DNA from: Epiperipatus broadwayi
Lineage: Eukaryota > Animalia > Onychophora
Assembly (NCBI GenBank): GCA_028023455.1
Contig: JAQFVV010000001.1
Coordinates: 12,400,001-12,464,000, forward strand
Direction: 5' to 3'
Length of the DNA stretch: 64,000 bases
The notes beneath the pieces were generated by a model. That model saw only the letters and a list, made by a program, of their open reading frames with translations, was not told where the DNA came from and ran no database searches. Below, in pieces: positions 39,041-53,050 of this stretch. Numbering within the stretch: the stretch's first letter is position 1; each line of letters begins with the position of its first letter. A program made the position numbers and the translations under genes.

Positions 39041-42000
39041 TGCTTTTGTATTTAGTTTTTGATATAGATTTAATAAAATGTTTACTAATACAAGTTAATA
39101 GTAAAAATTTACTTACTTGTATCTAACCATTCTTAGATGAAGGATGAATGTCCAGTCAATCAATACTATAATAATCTTTACAGTTAGTGGTATTGATTAA
39201 TTTGTACTCTATTTTTATCATTGTTTTTTTTTTTTATGAATGAAATTCTATCAAGTATATGTAATTTGTTTAATCAAAATTTAAAGTTAATTATAACTAG
39301 AGATTCTCATGAGACAAATAGCAATTTAACTTTTTAATTAATTTTTTCAAAAAAAGTAAATTGTGAATTATATAAATCTTCATGTATGTTTGTGTGAATG
39401 CTATATATCATGCACAATTTTTTTTTTAAAGATAAATATTTAATATACTTAAAACCTTGCATTTCCCTATTCATTCTTGAAACATAAATAAAGACATGAA
39501 AAATTTGTAGTTCAAATTTTAAAAAAAATTGTAGGCATTTTTTGTAATATTCTATATTCTATTCAACTTTTTATTAATCTCCTAACTCATTAATGCATTC
39601 ATATAATACTGTAGACTAATACTCATTCTAAGTTATCGATATCCTCTATACTCATATTTTTAAAGTATCCCTGTAATTTTTAATGAAAGAAAAAAACATT
39701 CTTTGAATTTTCCATATTTCCAGATTTAGAATTAGACTGTTTTGTGTTAAAAAATATTTGACAGCCAATATGTTTCATATATAATATTTATCTTTTGTAA
39801 ACCTATAATTTCACAGTCCATCTAGTTTGGCTTTAAGCAGTTATGGTTGACTGCTATTGCAATTTTTTGTCTAAAATAATGAACAAAATGGAGCATAAAT
39901 GTGCCAAGCATTAACTTTTGAACAAGAATGGGAGGATTATCACCCTTTTTATGGAAAAGTAGAGTTTCTCAATATTCAAAGTGAACTTCATGTTATTTTG
40001 AAGCATTAGTTTAGTCATCTTGTTTAGATATAGAAACTTATAATATTTATAAAGCTACATGCTGAAATATCTAAAAGCGTAAATAAAATATTGAATTCAG
40101 CTTAAAGCCATACCAACAGTTCATTATGTATTCCAGTTTTATTTTCTTCAAAATTGTTTGGAAAGCCTTCTTGGCCAATGCAAAATGTAATTAATATCCA
40201 TTTATTCAGCCAACATTATTCAATATTTAAATTTTGCCCACTTTTGTATTAATAATTACAATATTTTATTTTTTTTAGCTTTCTTATAATCTTATAGTTT
40301 GACAATATGTAAGAATCATGATCTATTCATGGTGTAATATTATATCTTGTGATTGTTGGATATCCGGGTCTAAAAGAATAGTGCATTTTATATTCAAGCT
40401 CTTAGATGCTTGTACATATCTAGACTATAGGTAATTTTTTTTAACTTTCTGCATTTTACAATGACGTGTATTTTTTTATTTGTGATAGTGAATGCAGATA
40501 AATTGCCATTTAATCACTTAAATATTTTATGCTAGGAAAGAAAAAAAAACAATTAAAGAAGATATTTTTATTATGAAAAAAGTAAATTTTATTACTAAGC
40601 AACATGTATGCTCAAGGATCCACATTATTAATAAATAATATAGTAAAATTATGAGATCCATTCTATTTATCAGTTTATTCCTATATTGTTACAGTTATAT
40701 ATTTGTTAGCATACTGTGTGATTCATAAATCATGTTTTAAATATAATTAAAAGTAGAATGTGTGTGTAATTTTTGCAATGGGAATGTTTTTTCTTGCTGA
40801 TATGGCAGTTGAAATACATTGATAGAAATTTGAATTTTGCTCCAATTTATTTTTAGCTTTAAATAATGTGCTTTGAATTATAAGAAATAATATAGCAGCT
40901 CCTGTGATAATGGCTTTTCATGTTAAAACCAATTCTTCATCGAGTATTCTTTTTCTCTTCTTACAAAATACATTGACCTTATATTTTAATGATCTTATAT
41001 TACCTCTATATGATATTCCCTTGCATTCATTGTTAAACATTGACTTTAAGTAGCCAATGTCTTATTTAATTCTTAGAAAGTGGGCAGCAATATTAATTTT
41101 ATTTCTAAAATATTCTATCTAATTTTAGTTTTCACAAATATTGTATGGATATAATATCTGTAATCAAAAAGCTTTATTTGACAACTATAATCATGCTTTA
41201 ATAGATATTTAGTGATTGATATTAATTATACATTGAATACTGTTTTATTGAATTATAGAAAACTGTACTTAACTCCTAAAATTACTATTTAATATTAGAA
41301 ACAATTCGATCAGCTATGATTTTGCTAATGTTTAAATTTAAAAATTCTATCATTTTATTTGACACATGATTGTAGCTATCACAAAGATTTCTTATTACAA
41401 ACTTTATAGCCATGTAGTAGTTTTCATTGAAAGTAATTAGTAAAAATTTAATGATATAAGAACTTATTAAAATTTTATGATACAGTTTTTAAACTTGAGA
41501 TGTTAAAAAGATTTTAAACAATGATAAACTCACTGATTATTAACTTTGCCTATTTACTTTGATGACCTTCCAGTCAAGAACTTGACAAGTATTTTTTTTT
41601 CTTTGTAAACATATATAGAATACCCATTATTCAAAAACTTTTATTATATAATCAAAATTTCAAAGACAATCTTTAATCTTTTACAATAAATAAATTAATT
41701 TGGATATGCATTTATTAATAAAATAAAAGAAAAAATGATACCTATAAACTAATAAGTCTAATTGCAGTGTGCTGTATTTTTTATATATATCTTAGTAAAA
41801 TTTGAAGATATATGCATGGAACAAAAGATTTATTCTTGAAATCCAAAATTTTCACAAATTCAAAAAAACCCTAGACATGGGAATTTAAGATTAATGGTAT
41901 TTCTATTAAATAAAATATTGTTTAAATATAATATTTTGATTTTGCAGTAAAATATGTGTTGAATATCATATCCATATTATTGTATAATGTCACAACGATA

Positions 42001-44059
42001 ATTGTAGAATATCAACTAATGCATCATTAATAAGCACATGGTGGCCTAATTTAGTTCTATAAGAATTGATTCTAACTTGAAATCACGATTTTAAAGAATT
42101 GAGGCATTGTTTTCTACAATTTGATACATATTATTTAAGTTTAAAATTGTAGGGTTAATTTTACTCCCTGCATTTCTATTAGTGCATTGGTTGAAGTTAT
42201 CACAAAATATTCTAATCACATATACATTTGCTTATTTAATATGTAAAATTTCATCAAAATTTTATTTTTGCTATACTATGTATAAGCATTATCTTTTTAC
42301 CAAATCTAATGGATCTAGTCTTTTTTTACACTGCAGTTTCCTATGCTGCGTAAAAAGTGCATATTTCACAGCTTTATCTAATTTTACTTTACTTTTAATT
42401 TTTATCATTAAGTTTAATATTTCTATGCAAGTCTACTTTTATAAAGTTATCATCAATATGATCCAATATATTTTATGAGACAACTTTTTAAGCCTTTTTT
42501 CTGAATCTAAACTGTTTATCAAGTAAAAGAGCACATAGTTTTGAAATTGCATGTTACGAGTCATTAGTAAGATTTTAGTTATTTGTAACAAAAATGCAGC
42601 ATAATAAACATTTTGTTAGTTTTATTTCCATTAGGTGTTTGTGTGTTGTACTGTGATAGAATATTATTAGCTTTTACGAGTCAATAAATTAGTAACATTT
42701 TTAAAAAAAATTAAAGAAAAAAGTTAAGTTCAGTAAATTAATAAACATAATTGCTGCCCTATTTTAGATTTCTTAGTTTAATATCTAATTTAATTCGTGA
42801 TTAATACTTTATATGTAGAGGTAAGTGAAAAAATCATTGAAAATGAAAGAATAAGTTTTGTAAAATATATTTAAAAAAATCTAAGAAAAATCACTGAATG
42901 AACTGATCTGCATTTTAGACAATGAAATAAAAGGAGGTTAATCATTATTATTTTATTTTAATTGTATAAAAATTTTGTACAATATAAAAATAAGCATATA
43001 CAATGAAATCTGCCATTGCAAACAAATTGTACAATGAATACTATTTTTTTTTTTTTGCTAAGTTAAGATTGTATAGGGAAAGCAAATGTTACAAAGAAGA
43101 TTTGTGTCATGTTTTATAAGACTTAAGTTAGCAACTTAATTCTTATAATAATTTTAGTCTATTCTGGAAATCAGAAAACTAATTCTAATTATTTTTGGGA
43201 AAAAAAATATTTTAAGTGAAAAGGCTGTAAAACTATTAGCTAACAAAAGTGCTACAACCAATATGACTGGCCGACAAAAAGTATGCATACGCCATATGTT
43301 TCAGTTTTTCTGAAAATCGGAGTTAGAAAACTGATTATTGTTATCAGAAAACAAATTACAAATAAGAAAGTAAAAGTAAAATGACTTTTGTAACTGTGGT
43401 TTTAAATTGTAAGACAGAAAGCAGAGTCAAGAAAAAGAGAATATCCAAATGAGAATGTAAAAGTAAAGTAGAATATATCATCAAAGAAAAAGCTCCAAAT
43501 GAGAAATTGAGTAAAATGGATTTTTAGTATTATAATTTTGATTATGCTTTTAAATTCAATGTTAATTTTCATTGTAACCCAGGAAACAATGCAGTATTTA
43601 GAAAAATTTCCAAACTAAGAAGTGATTTTTAGAATTTGTTTATACTTTTACAAGATTGATTTTAATTTTCATTATTGAGGTGAAAAAATGGAACTGATTT
43701 TCGGTAGCATAACTTGTATTTTTAGATTAATTTTAATTTTTTATTATGAAACAGATAATATCAACAAAAAAAAGGTTTACAAACAAGATAGTGAAAATGG
43801 CTTTTAGAAAAATGGTTTTAATTTTATTATGAGACAGGAGTTAGAATGCAGTGGCAAGAAGTCTGTACATTTTTATTGGCATAAGTTTGTTTCAACTTTT
43901 ATATCACATTTTTTGAAAGGTTTTAATTTTCATTAAAACTGAACATTATGTACAGCAGTTAATTTTATTTGTATTTTTAGTTGTATATTTCTTAATATAC
44001 GAGCAGCTTCCTATTTTTGTGCTGTCTAGCATAGGTTTGAGTAATTAGTTACTACTAGA

Positions 44060-44780
44060 TCCATATAAAATACCTATTTTTAGTATTTAAATCTCCATAT
44101 TCAAACCAGTTTATAGCTTCTGTCTTTATCAATGAAGGATGGAATTAACAGTTGAAATTCTGATATACATCCAGGAACTAACTTTAATTACATTTTATCT
44201 TCAAACCAAAGCTACGGTTTTGAATCTGGATCAATGTGATTGAACAGTTATATTGATCTGAAAACCGTTGTTTAACTATATATTTTAATGCCTTCAATTA
44301 TTCAATAACTGAAGGTTTATTCTGCATTACTTTCTATCTTTTAAATCCCAGGCCTCAATAATAAAGCAAAAATCAGAAACCAATTTTAGGATGGGGATTT
44401 AAATGATAGGATAGGGATTTTATATGCATCTGGTAGTCACTGATAAGTCAAAGTATTCTAAAAGACATTGGAATAGCTAGCTCTTGTATTGTTTTATATT
44501 TGATTTATTGTTATAGATATTCCTAGATAGTCAACTGATTTCAAATCTATATAACTTTGATTTGGTGTCAAAACTTTTAGACTGATTTTAATTTACACTT
44601 TTAATTTGATCAGTTAAATGGAATTAAAACTGGATGCTGGATACATATTTGCATTTTTTCTAACTTTGAATCCCAAGCTTAATGATAAAGGCAAAAGCCA
44701 GTAGCATAAGGATAAATATTTTAATATTAATGATAGGGATTTTATATGCATCTGGAAATCACTGAATACTTGAACTTGTG
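44060..44780. repeat. Old diverged relatives of family A (one + copy, two tandem - copies)
   Basis: catataaaatacctat...accagtttatagcttctgtctttatcaatgaagg on + at ~44060-44140. gatagggattttatatgcatctgg at ~44411 and ~44734 (spacing ~325 bp). Confidence 0.5.
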
Positions 44781-45699
44781 CTAAATATTAGAGTGGAAAG
44801 TTATTTTTGCATTATAGTGGAGATCCTTTTTTATGTGTATAAATGCACATACAAATTAAGATTATAATATAAACAAAAATTTTAAAAATAATGTAGTAAT
44901 TAATACTAAATGGAGGGATCATATATATATTGTATGTGTCCTCACTCATTCACATTTACTCAAAAAATAATAAAAAACTTATTGTGCTGTATCTTAACTT
45001 TATTAAATAAAATGAATGGCAAAACATGCTTCAGATGATATCCTTTTTCTTCAGTAACCTTTTTCCTTTATGGAAATGTTAATAGTAGTCCCACTATCAG
45101 CAGATTGATCTTTCTAGTTATTTTGCTGTTTTTAAATCTGTATCAGTTTCAGAATTTATATAATCCATTTTATCTGCCAATATTCAGATTCTTAGTTAAA
45201 TTTCAAGCTTTTGATCAAGAATATTTTAGTTACTTTCTGCTATAACTATATCAATAACTGTAGCATTGTATTGTTTAAGAAAGTTTATGAATTTTATTGT
45301 TTTAGCTTTACATTTAGAAAACATTTTATTATGCAAATATTTTATTACTTCAAAGAAAAGAATAAACCCGAACAAACATTATAAATAAATATGAATGTGT
45401 ATAGTACACCAAGATAGAAAAATGGCGCTGCCATATATAAATTTTAATGTTTTTATTTTTTATTTACATTTTTTTTAATAGTATATAATTGAAATAATGT
45501 ACATATTAATACAGCTCATATTACAGTTTCACTTGATATTGTGTTTAAACTAGTAGTTTTTTGTTGTTATTAATATTCTTTAGCCAGGGGAATAAGGGAC
45601 CTACAATCATTGAAGAACTAAAAATATTAAAATGTAATTAAAATCAAATGGTGTAAGATGTGTGGTTGACTTGGGTTCAAAACATTAGCTTGATTTAAA

Positions 45700-45890
45700 T
45701 TTCCAAGTTTTTATCTTGACAATTAATTAAACTTAAAGATATTTGCTGGATGTATATCTGTATTCCTTCCACTTTGAATCTAAACTTCATTGGTAAAGTC
45801 AAAATCTGCTTTGAGAATGTGGAATTAAATCTTAAGGATGGGATTTTGTGTATGCATCGGATAATTATTGATTATTCAAGCTTGTGTTAG
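45700..45890 (-). repeat. Old diverged family A-like copy
   Basis: ctggatgtata..., ctttgaatctaaactt..., gatgggattttgtgtatgcatc...attgatta parallels 44630-44770. Confidence 0.4.
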
Positions 45891-46368
45891 CTGGTACTAG
45901 ATTAGAGAGCTGTTTTTGTATTGTTTTTAGCTAGTATTTTGATTATTTAGATGATAACTTTGCTCTCAGTTTTGTGCTCCTTGAAGTTATTACTTTAAAT
46001 ATATGCATTTTAAAACAAGCTGCAATGAATAGATAATTTATTTAATAAATAACCTGGAATCAATTATCCTTATTATAATAGACTCAGCTGTATATGTTTT
46101 TAAAATTTGGCATTGTTTATTAATAAAATAAATTTATAAATATATAGAAATTATTTATATGTATACAAAATTATATAGTCTGTAATACTAATGTTTAAAT
46201 TTTCAGCAGAATTTACATGCTTTGAAAATACAGATTTATGAGAGGATAAAAGATATTTTGGTTGAAATCTGAAAAATGTTTCAAATTATCAAATATTTTA
46301 ACTGTTATGCATATATATTACAATAATATACTGTATTGTAAATGGGCAAAAGAATTAGAGCCAGTTGG

Positions 46369-46385
46369 TCGCCAGATGGCGCCAC
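46369..46385 (+). promoter_or_regulatory. CTCF-like binding motif
   Basis: tcgccagatggcgccac closely matches the CTCF core CCRSYAGRKGGCRS and retains two CpGs in CpG-depleted surroundings. Motif match only. Confidence 0.4.
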
Positions 46386-49300
46386 TAATTTTACAATTTA
46401 GAATTTTTTCAAAAAGGTTAAAATTTGCTGGTGAGGTCATTGAACCATAAATTCCTACAAAGCCCTCAGTCACTGCTAGTAAGTTAATTATGTCCACTCT
46501 GATCTAGAGACTCCTTAGAATATCCAATTTTCCAACAGCTGATGACGTACAAATTTATACTAGCTAATAAACTTTATTTTAGTGCATCAGGTTTTATTAA
46601 AACACATACTAAAATGATTTTGAGTTATTGTATAGTTAACCGAGATAGTTTAACCATTAATTCTAAACCTTAGATTCTACCTACCTGAACTTACATGACA
46701 TTAAAATAATTGTGCTGTAAGTAATTAATTCTACTTAAATCTCACATTCAGCATCAGCTTTAATAGGCTGCCAGTAAATCCCTTAACTTTATTTCTGCTT
46801 TTCTTTTTTTAAACAATATATTTAAATACTGGTCCCAATAAAATATTTTAAAATCTGATAATATTCAGAGATATTAATTTTGAAATAATAATATACTTGT
46901 TCTGATTTATGTTTTTGCTATTAAATTATTTTCTAATAAATAATTATGAGAAGGATTTGTGAGAGCCAAACTATTCTAATTAAATATATTTTTTAAATAA
47001 ACAGTAGTTTTGTAGAGTTTACTTCTCAGAAATCGCTTTCCCTTTTTACTCTAAACTAATAAACTAGCATTATAATTATATAATATGATTCAAATTCTTA
47101 AATATAATTGATATAATGTTTGTTAGTTAAAGTAAATAAATTAATAAAAAATATTAACTAAAAGATTGTTGGTGAAATAATCAGTCTATAGGTAAAAGAA
47201 AGTTCATTTAGAATTTTAATGAAGTTTATGAAATGTCTATAAATTAAAATGACTTTCATATAATTTATCTCAGATCAGTCTTTTTGCAGCAATCAACAAA
47301 GTTCATCAGCAATAATAAAATATTTTATGTACATATGTTTTTTTCTCTTGTGATTTTAAATTATGAGCTCTGTATAGGTATTTTAAGTTGAAGTTGATGT
47401 TTCAGGATTCAGTGTTTTTCTTGGTTGATTTTTTTACAAAAATATTCAGTCATGATAAGGTTTTTAAATGTTTTTGAACTGTTTATTGGATCATAATTAG
47501 TTTTCTATTTAGATAAAAGGCATATCATTGATTGTTGTAGATTTTATATGGCTGGCACATGTTTGATTTAATTTAGCTACTTCAAGGACTAAAAGCGTTC
47601 TATAATCTATACATTTAGGAAATAGTTCCTCAAGTGTAAGCAAACAGTGTATGGAAGCTTTTCATGGTGCTTGGAAAGGTTCTTGTTAGTTAGTTGCACA
47701 TTAGTTGGAAGATAAGTCTTTTATTGACAACTGCCGGAACAAGATGAAAGAAAAAGGGAACAATAAAAAATGAATTCTGCTGCCTGTTTTATACTAGTTA
47801 TTTCTAAAGAATTTTTAATCTTATAATTAAAAACAAGCTTATTGTAAAAACACTTCTATTTTTGAACAAACTAAAATTGTAAACCAAGGAAAAACAAACA
47901 CAACAAAGCATAATTACAAATCAAAATATTTTCAAGTAATTAATATTGTTAACAGAATATTATACAAATTTTTACCTCTGATTTCATTTGATTTTATAAA
48001 TAATTCAATGTTATGTATTTTTTTTTTTTTTACTTGGATCTTTTTAATTAAAATCTTTGTTTAAATAAATCTTTTATTTCAATAAAGAATTAAACTAATA
48101 AAATAAGAATATTTTTATTTAACACTCATGAAATTTTCTATACCCAATATGTGTGCCTATATCTACTCCAAATTTAAATTATGATCTACTAGGATATTTA
48201 CTAGGGCTAAAGCATTTCACTGATATGCAATCTAATGTTTGAACTTTAAATTTTTGCCCCTACAGCCAACTAACTAAATTTGAAGTGGATATTTTCATAT
48301 AAATATATTTATAATTGGTTGAATAATAATTTTATTTTTGAATTTCAAGTATTAACTTTCACTTTTCCCTGATGAACACTAGACAGTTAATGAGAATAGT
48401 TTATAATGAATTAATATTAACTGAACTTTGAATTAACTATTGATATTTATAGCACGCACACACAATTTTATAAATTATTTAAATAGAGGTTTGAATTATG
48501 TGAAAACTTCTTCAAATCAGAATCAAAATAAATAGAAAAAAGTCAAATTGAACAAAACTTAAAAAAAAAATATTTTTTTATTAATAAGACAGTTTTTGAC
48601 AAATTAGGAACTATCTATAAGAATTTTTAACACTTTGTCTGGATAAAATCTTAAAAATTGATTTTCACCCAATTTCTGACTAATTGAAACTTTGCATATA
48701 TGTATTTTTGATGACAATACATTTTTTAGAGTTTATAAATAATTTTTAAAAGAAATTGGTGAAAATTTATGATTCTATGAAATTGAAAACAAGACTTTAT
48801 TATAAACTTATTTAATTTACTGCATTTTTTAAAGCTTTTTTTGTCTAGACAAAATCTAAAATAGATTCATTTTATTTTTATAATTCATTAGTAAATATAT
48901 AAAACTAAAATGCAGAAAATAAAATTTTAAAGAAACATTTTTAGCTTTTAGAATAAAAACAATGTGTAATTTATATAAATAAAAAAAAACTTTTTTTTTT
49001 CATATACATAATAGCAAAACTACAAAAAATATTAAATTAAAAATAATAAATTATAATTCTTGCTTGATAAGAAACCCTTAAAATTTGATAGAAAGTAAAA
49101 CTAAGACTATTTCTGAACATAATCATCCTACATTTTTATTTGTGAAAGCTAAAGAAAATTTACTTTTTAGTGTCTTTATGTGAATAAAAAACATTTCTTT
49201 AAATATACTTCTAATATTTAATTATTCATGAAATCATTATATATATCATAGTAATCTTTGTTTTTTAAGAAATTCATTTTTTTTTAAATATTCATGAAAT

Positions 49301-50824
49301 AATTTTAAGAAAAATATCTAGATTTACCTGATTTTTATTCATTGACAATGTGTCTGACTGTTCAATATTTGTTTGATAAAAGCTAGGATTTTTTATTACA
49401 TTTAGGAGTGCGAGTAATTACATAATACAAAACAAAATAGTGAAACAAAAAAATAATACACATTAAATTAAATTTTTTTCGTAAGTCTTTTGGCATAATC
49501 CAGTTCAAGAAAAGGAAATTACAGTAATACCCATAATCTGATCAAAGACAGTTAAAAATAATTTGTAAAAAGTTGGAAATTTATAAAAAATATTTTGATG
49601 TATATTCACACATAAATTATTCAAATTTCTATACTATTGAATTTTATTTACTGAAATTTTTAACAAATATATAATAGGAATTGCATGGAAGTTTTAGGTT
49701 TGAATTTACACTTGTAATAATATAAAAATGGCTTAATGCAACATGTATCAAGCTTTGAAATGCTTTCTTACCATAATATTTAGATGATTTTTGTGAATGC
49801 ATATAGAATAATTAGACAATAGTACTAGGATCACATGATGTACATTACTTTTTTTTTTTTATTTTATTGATTTTATCTAATATTAATTTTTGTATATATT
49901 TTGATGTTTTGTTTTTTGTGTCATTATGCTTTTTTACATTAAATTTGAAGTTGAACATGTAATCATATTAAAAAAGAATAGTATATTTGCATAATTCAAT
50001 TTCAGTTTATAATATAATTGAACAGTGGATGTTAATTATCTAAATTGTGTATTATTGTTATTGTTGATATTTATAAATTATTTTTATTGCCATATTTTAC
50101 TTTAAACCCATAATTGTTAGATATTGGAAAAAGTGTGTAAATGAATTATAGTATATTCTTTTATCAAAACAGATCTTATCTGTTGGATTTGGCCATAAAT
50201 CACCAATATATATATTTATCAATGGGGATTTAATCACAATTTATAAAAATTATATTTTTCAATTGGCACTATACTAATCAATAATTTTTCACTAAATGCA
50301 TAAATATGATTTTTAATCACTTTTTATTAGATAAAACTTAGTAGGTATCCTTCAACCCAATATAGATCTTATTAAAAATCAAATATCTACAACTGTGTGC
50401 TTGAAATTAAATGTAGTATAGAATTTATAGATATAAGATAGTGCACATGATTGGTATGATGTTTTGGATAAAATAAACAAATTGTATACAGGTTTATAAA
50501 AGTTGATTGATGTATTTGATTTTTAATAAGGTTTAAAATTTATCTTTGACTAAAGAAAATATATTAATTTTTAACCTAATAAGAAATATATTTATAATCA
50601 TGTGTGATTTTACTGATTGGTGTTTGAAATAAGGACTGATTAAAAAGTAAGGCATTTATGAATTAAATAACTATAAAAATAGAAAATGTTTTGAATTTAT
50701 AAAATAAATATATCAGAAGCTTTAAAAATTAAAATAAATTTTTAATAGTTGCTTATTTATTTTACATATTGCAAATTTCTTTTAATATTTAATAATTTAT
50801 AATTTACTTTTTTTTTTTTTTTAG

Positions 50825-51099
50825 AGTTTTGAAACCTCCTGGTGGTGGTACAAATGATATATTTGGTTCAGGGGAATCTCAGTCAGCATCTGCTCGACCT
50901 GCAAAAGATCATTTGAAGTCTACTATTTTTGAAGCTGATCCAAATGATTCTCCAGTTCGCAGAGTTAAGCCAGGTGATAATTCCAAAGACAATATCTTTG
51001 GTGCCTTTGAAGTTCCTCAAAATCGGCGAGTCATTGATCATATGAAGTCATCTATCTTTGAAGAAGGAAATGTGATGAATACAGTTAAGGTTCCTAAGT
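50825..51099 (+). CDS. Jupiter: Internal coding exon of a Jupiter microtubule-associated protein homolog (JPT/HN1 family)
   Basis: Long poly-T tract plus AG acceptor (50823-50824) and GTAAGT donor (51100-51105). Encodes (R)VLKPPGGGTNDIFG...KDHLKSTIF...DNSKDNIFG...DHMKSSIF..., the family-defining RVLxPPGGG plus repeated SxIFG-like motifs. Phase 2 start, phase 1 end. Confidence 0.9.
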
Positions 51100-51106
51100 G
51101 TAAGTA

Positions 51107-51203
51107 CCAGGCACCCTTTTTTTATTTGCTTATATTCCTGCATGCTGGCTGCATGGCCAGGGTGCCTGGATTATATTTTTTATTTAGCATGATTGCTTGC
51201 ATG
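51107..51203 (+). promoter_or_regulatory. Putative intronic splicing-regulatory element: 11-bp hairpin plus three UGCAUG motifs
   Basis: ccaggcaccct (51107-51117) pairs perfectly with agggtgcctgg (51159-51169). TGCATG at 51139, 51150 and 51198. Confidence 0.5.
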
Positions 51204-51689
51204 GGCTATGGCTTTAATCCAAGAAAAATACTTGAAAAGTTGTTTTAAGATTATTGATGATTCTTGTATGTTACATAGAAATGTATGCAGGTAATATATA
51301 CTGTTATGTATATTCTTTTACATATAAAAGTTTTTCCAATAAATTATAATAAAATTAATTCAAATAGAATCGAGGCTTTTTTTATTTAATCTGAAACTGA
51401 AAAGTTATAAAATTCTATATTTGTATTCTAAATTTATAGATGTTGTGAATATGTATGTATTATTAAAATTTAAAACTGAATGCATATGTATTGTTATAAA
51501 TTTTTTAATATAGTACAAAAGTGGTACTCACTTGAAGAAAAAGTATTTATATTTATTTCATAAAATATTGGCCTGTCTATTTTTTGATAGTAGTTTACTC
51601 TTTATTGTTTAAATTATTGAAAAAATTATTTCTAAAAATTTAGAGATTATAATTCTATAATGTTAGAATTATTATTAAGTTCTGTCACA

Positions 51690-53050
51690 TGACATCTGGT
51701 AATTATATTTTATCCAGAATGGCCAATTATTTATTGGTCTTTTCACAGTGTGTAATAGAAATTTTGTGTGAGATATGGATGTTTAGTATTTTAATATTTA
51801 AGATCTTATTTTGTTTAGCTTTAACATCTCGAGCTAAGCATTATTATGGTTTCTACTGTCTGTCTACACATTCGTAAGTTTTCTGCCATAAAAATGTCAC
51901 ACATTATTTCGGATCATTTTCCAATTCACTGCTAAATATTATTTTTCCATTTTATTTTTTTCACTATTTATTATTACCATGTTATACTCTAGTCCTATAA
52001 TATAATGTAATAGGAGTAGAACATTTTGTCAAGATCTGCCTCTTTTATCAATGTCTCTCTCTTTTTTTTTTTTGGAATTCTTATTTTTTAAATGTCTAGT
52101 CTCAATTTCAGGATATGATTTGTTGCATTTTAATACTATCTTAAAAATCTTTTTCATTAGATTCCTTATTGGTGAGGATGTATTTTCCTCTGAATATTTC
52201 TTCCCCTACTATTTATCATTTCGTTTTATTATTTTCTTGGTTATCCTGTTTTGCCTTCCTTCTGATCATCTCTGATATTTTTTTTATTTATTCATTCAAC
52301 ATACTTTTTTTTCATTCCAATTATTTCTGATTTCTTAATTTGTTCTTTTTTCCTATCTTGATCTTGTCACTCAATAATTTATTATTTATATTTTTGCTCC
52401 ATATAATAGTATGCTTTTTACCGGAGTATCATATATATCTTTTCATTTTTATCAATACATTATGCTACTATAAAAATGTATTACTCTTTAAAAATGAATT
52501 AAGCATTCTTATTGCCTATCTTGTTTTACCAATTCTTCCAAGAATCTTTTTTTAATGATATATTTTTTAAGTTATCAATACACTATTTTCATCTACCACC
52601 AAATATTCTTTTCAAAATTAATATTCAATTCTTACTTGATGTATTCCTCCATAAGTTTTCTCATAATATATTCATTATCCTCTATATTCTGAGCTATAAT
52701 CACCTGATCATTTGCAAATAGTAAGTGGAATAAATATTATTATTTAATCTTATGCCCATTTTTCACATTTCTTAGTTCATTAATTCAAAACCACAACAAT
52801 ATAGATTTTAAATAATTGGCATCATATATCTTGCAATAGTTTTTTTCCTGTCATAAGTTCCTCTCACAATTACTGACCTACCTTTATTTGACATCCATTT
52901 TGTTAATATATTTCTCATATTACATTAATTAATGCATTATCAGTTCCTGTTTTCCACAGCAATTTCCATGGATACTATCATAATTTTTCTCTTGAGTTAA
53001 TAAAAAAAAAATCATGTCTAGTTTTGGTCTTTTTAACTATTCGTAAATAA
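51690..53050 (-). mobile_element. Decayed RTE-like LINE reverse transcriptase
   Basis: Minus strand: DSIPWKLLW-like segment, IKVGQ, HLLFANDQVIIAQNIEDNEYIMRKLMEEYIK*ELNINFEK (cf. LLFADDQV...RKLxEEYxKWGLxIN). Confidence 0.6.

Noticed and set aside
43263-43950. Tc1-like terminus (ctggccgacaaaaagt) followed by a recurring ttttaattttcatt motif
   Set aside because: Single end only, and the recurring motif is low-complexity in AT-rich DNA with no stable period.
47618-47640. gga aat agt tcc tca agt gtaagc reads GNSSSS, resembling the NSSSR expected at the end of Jupiter exon 1
   Set aside because: An in-frame TAA lies five codons upstream with no ATG, and the GT donor is in phase 0, whereas the acceptor at 50825 needs phase 2.
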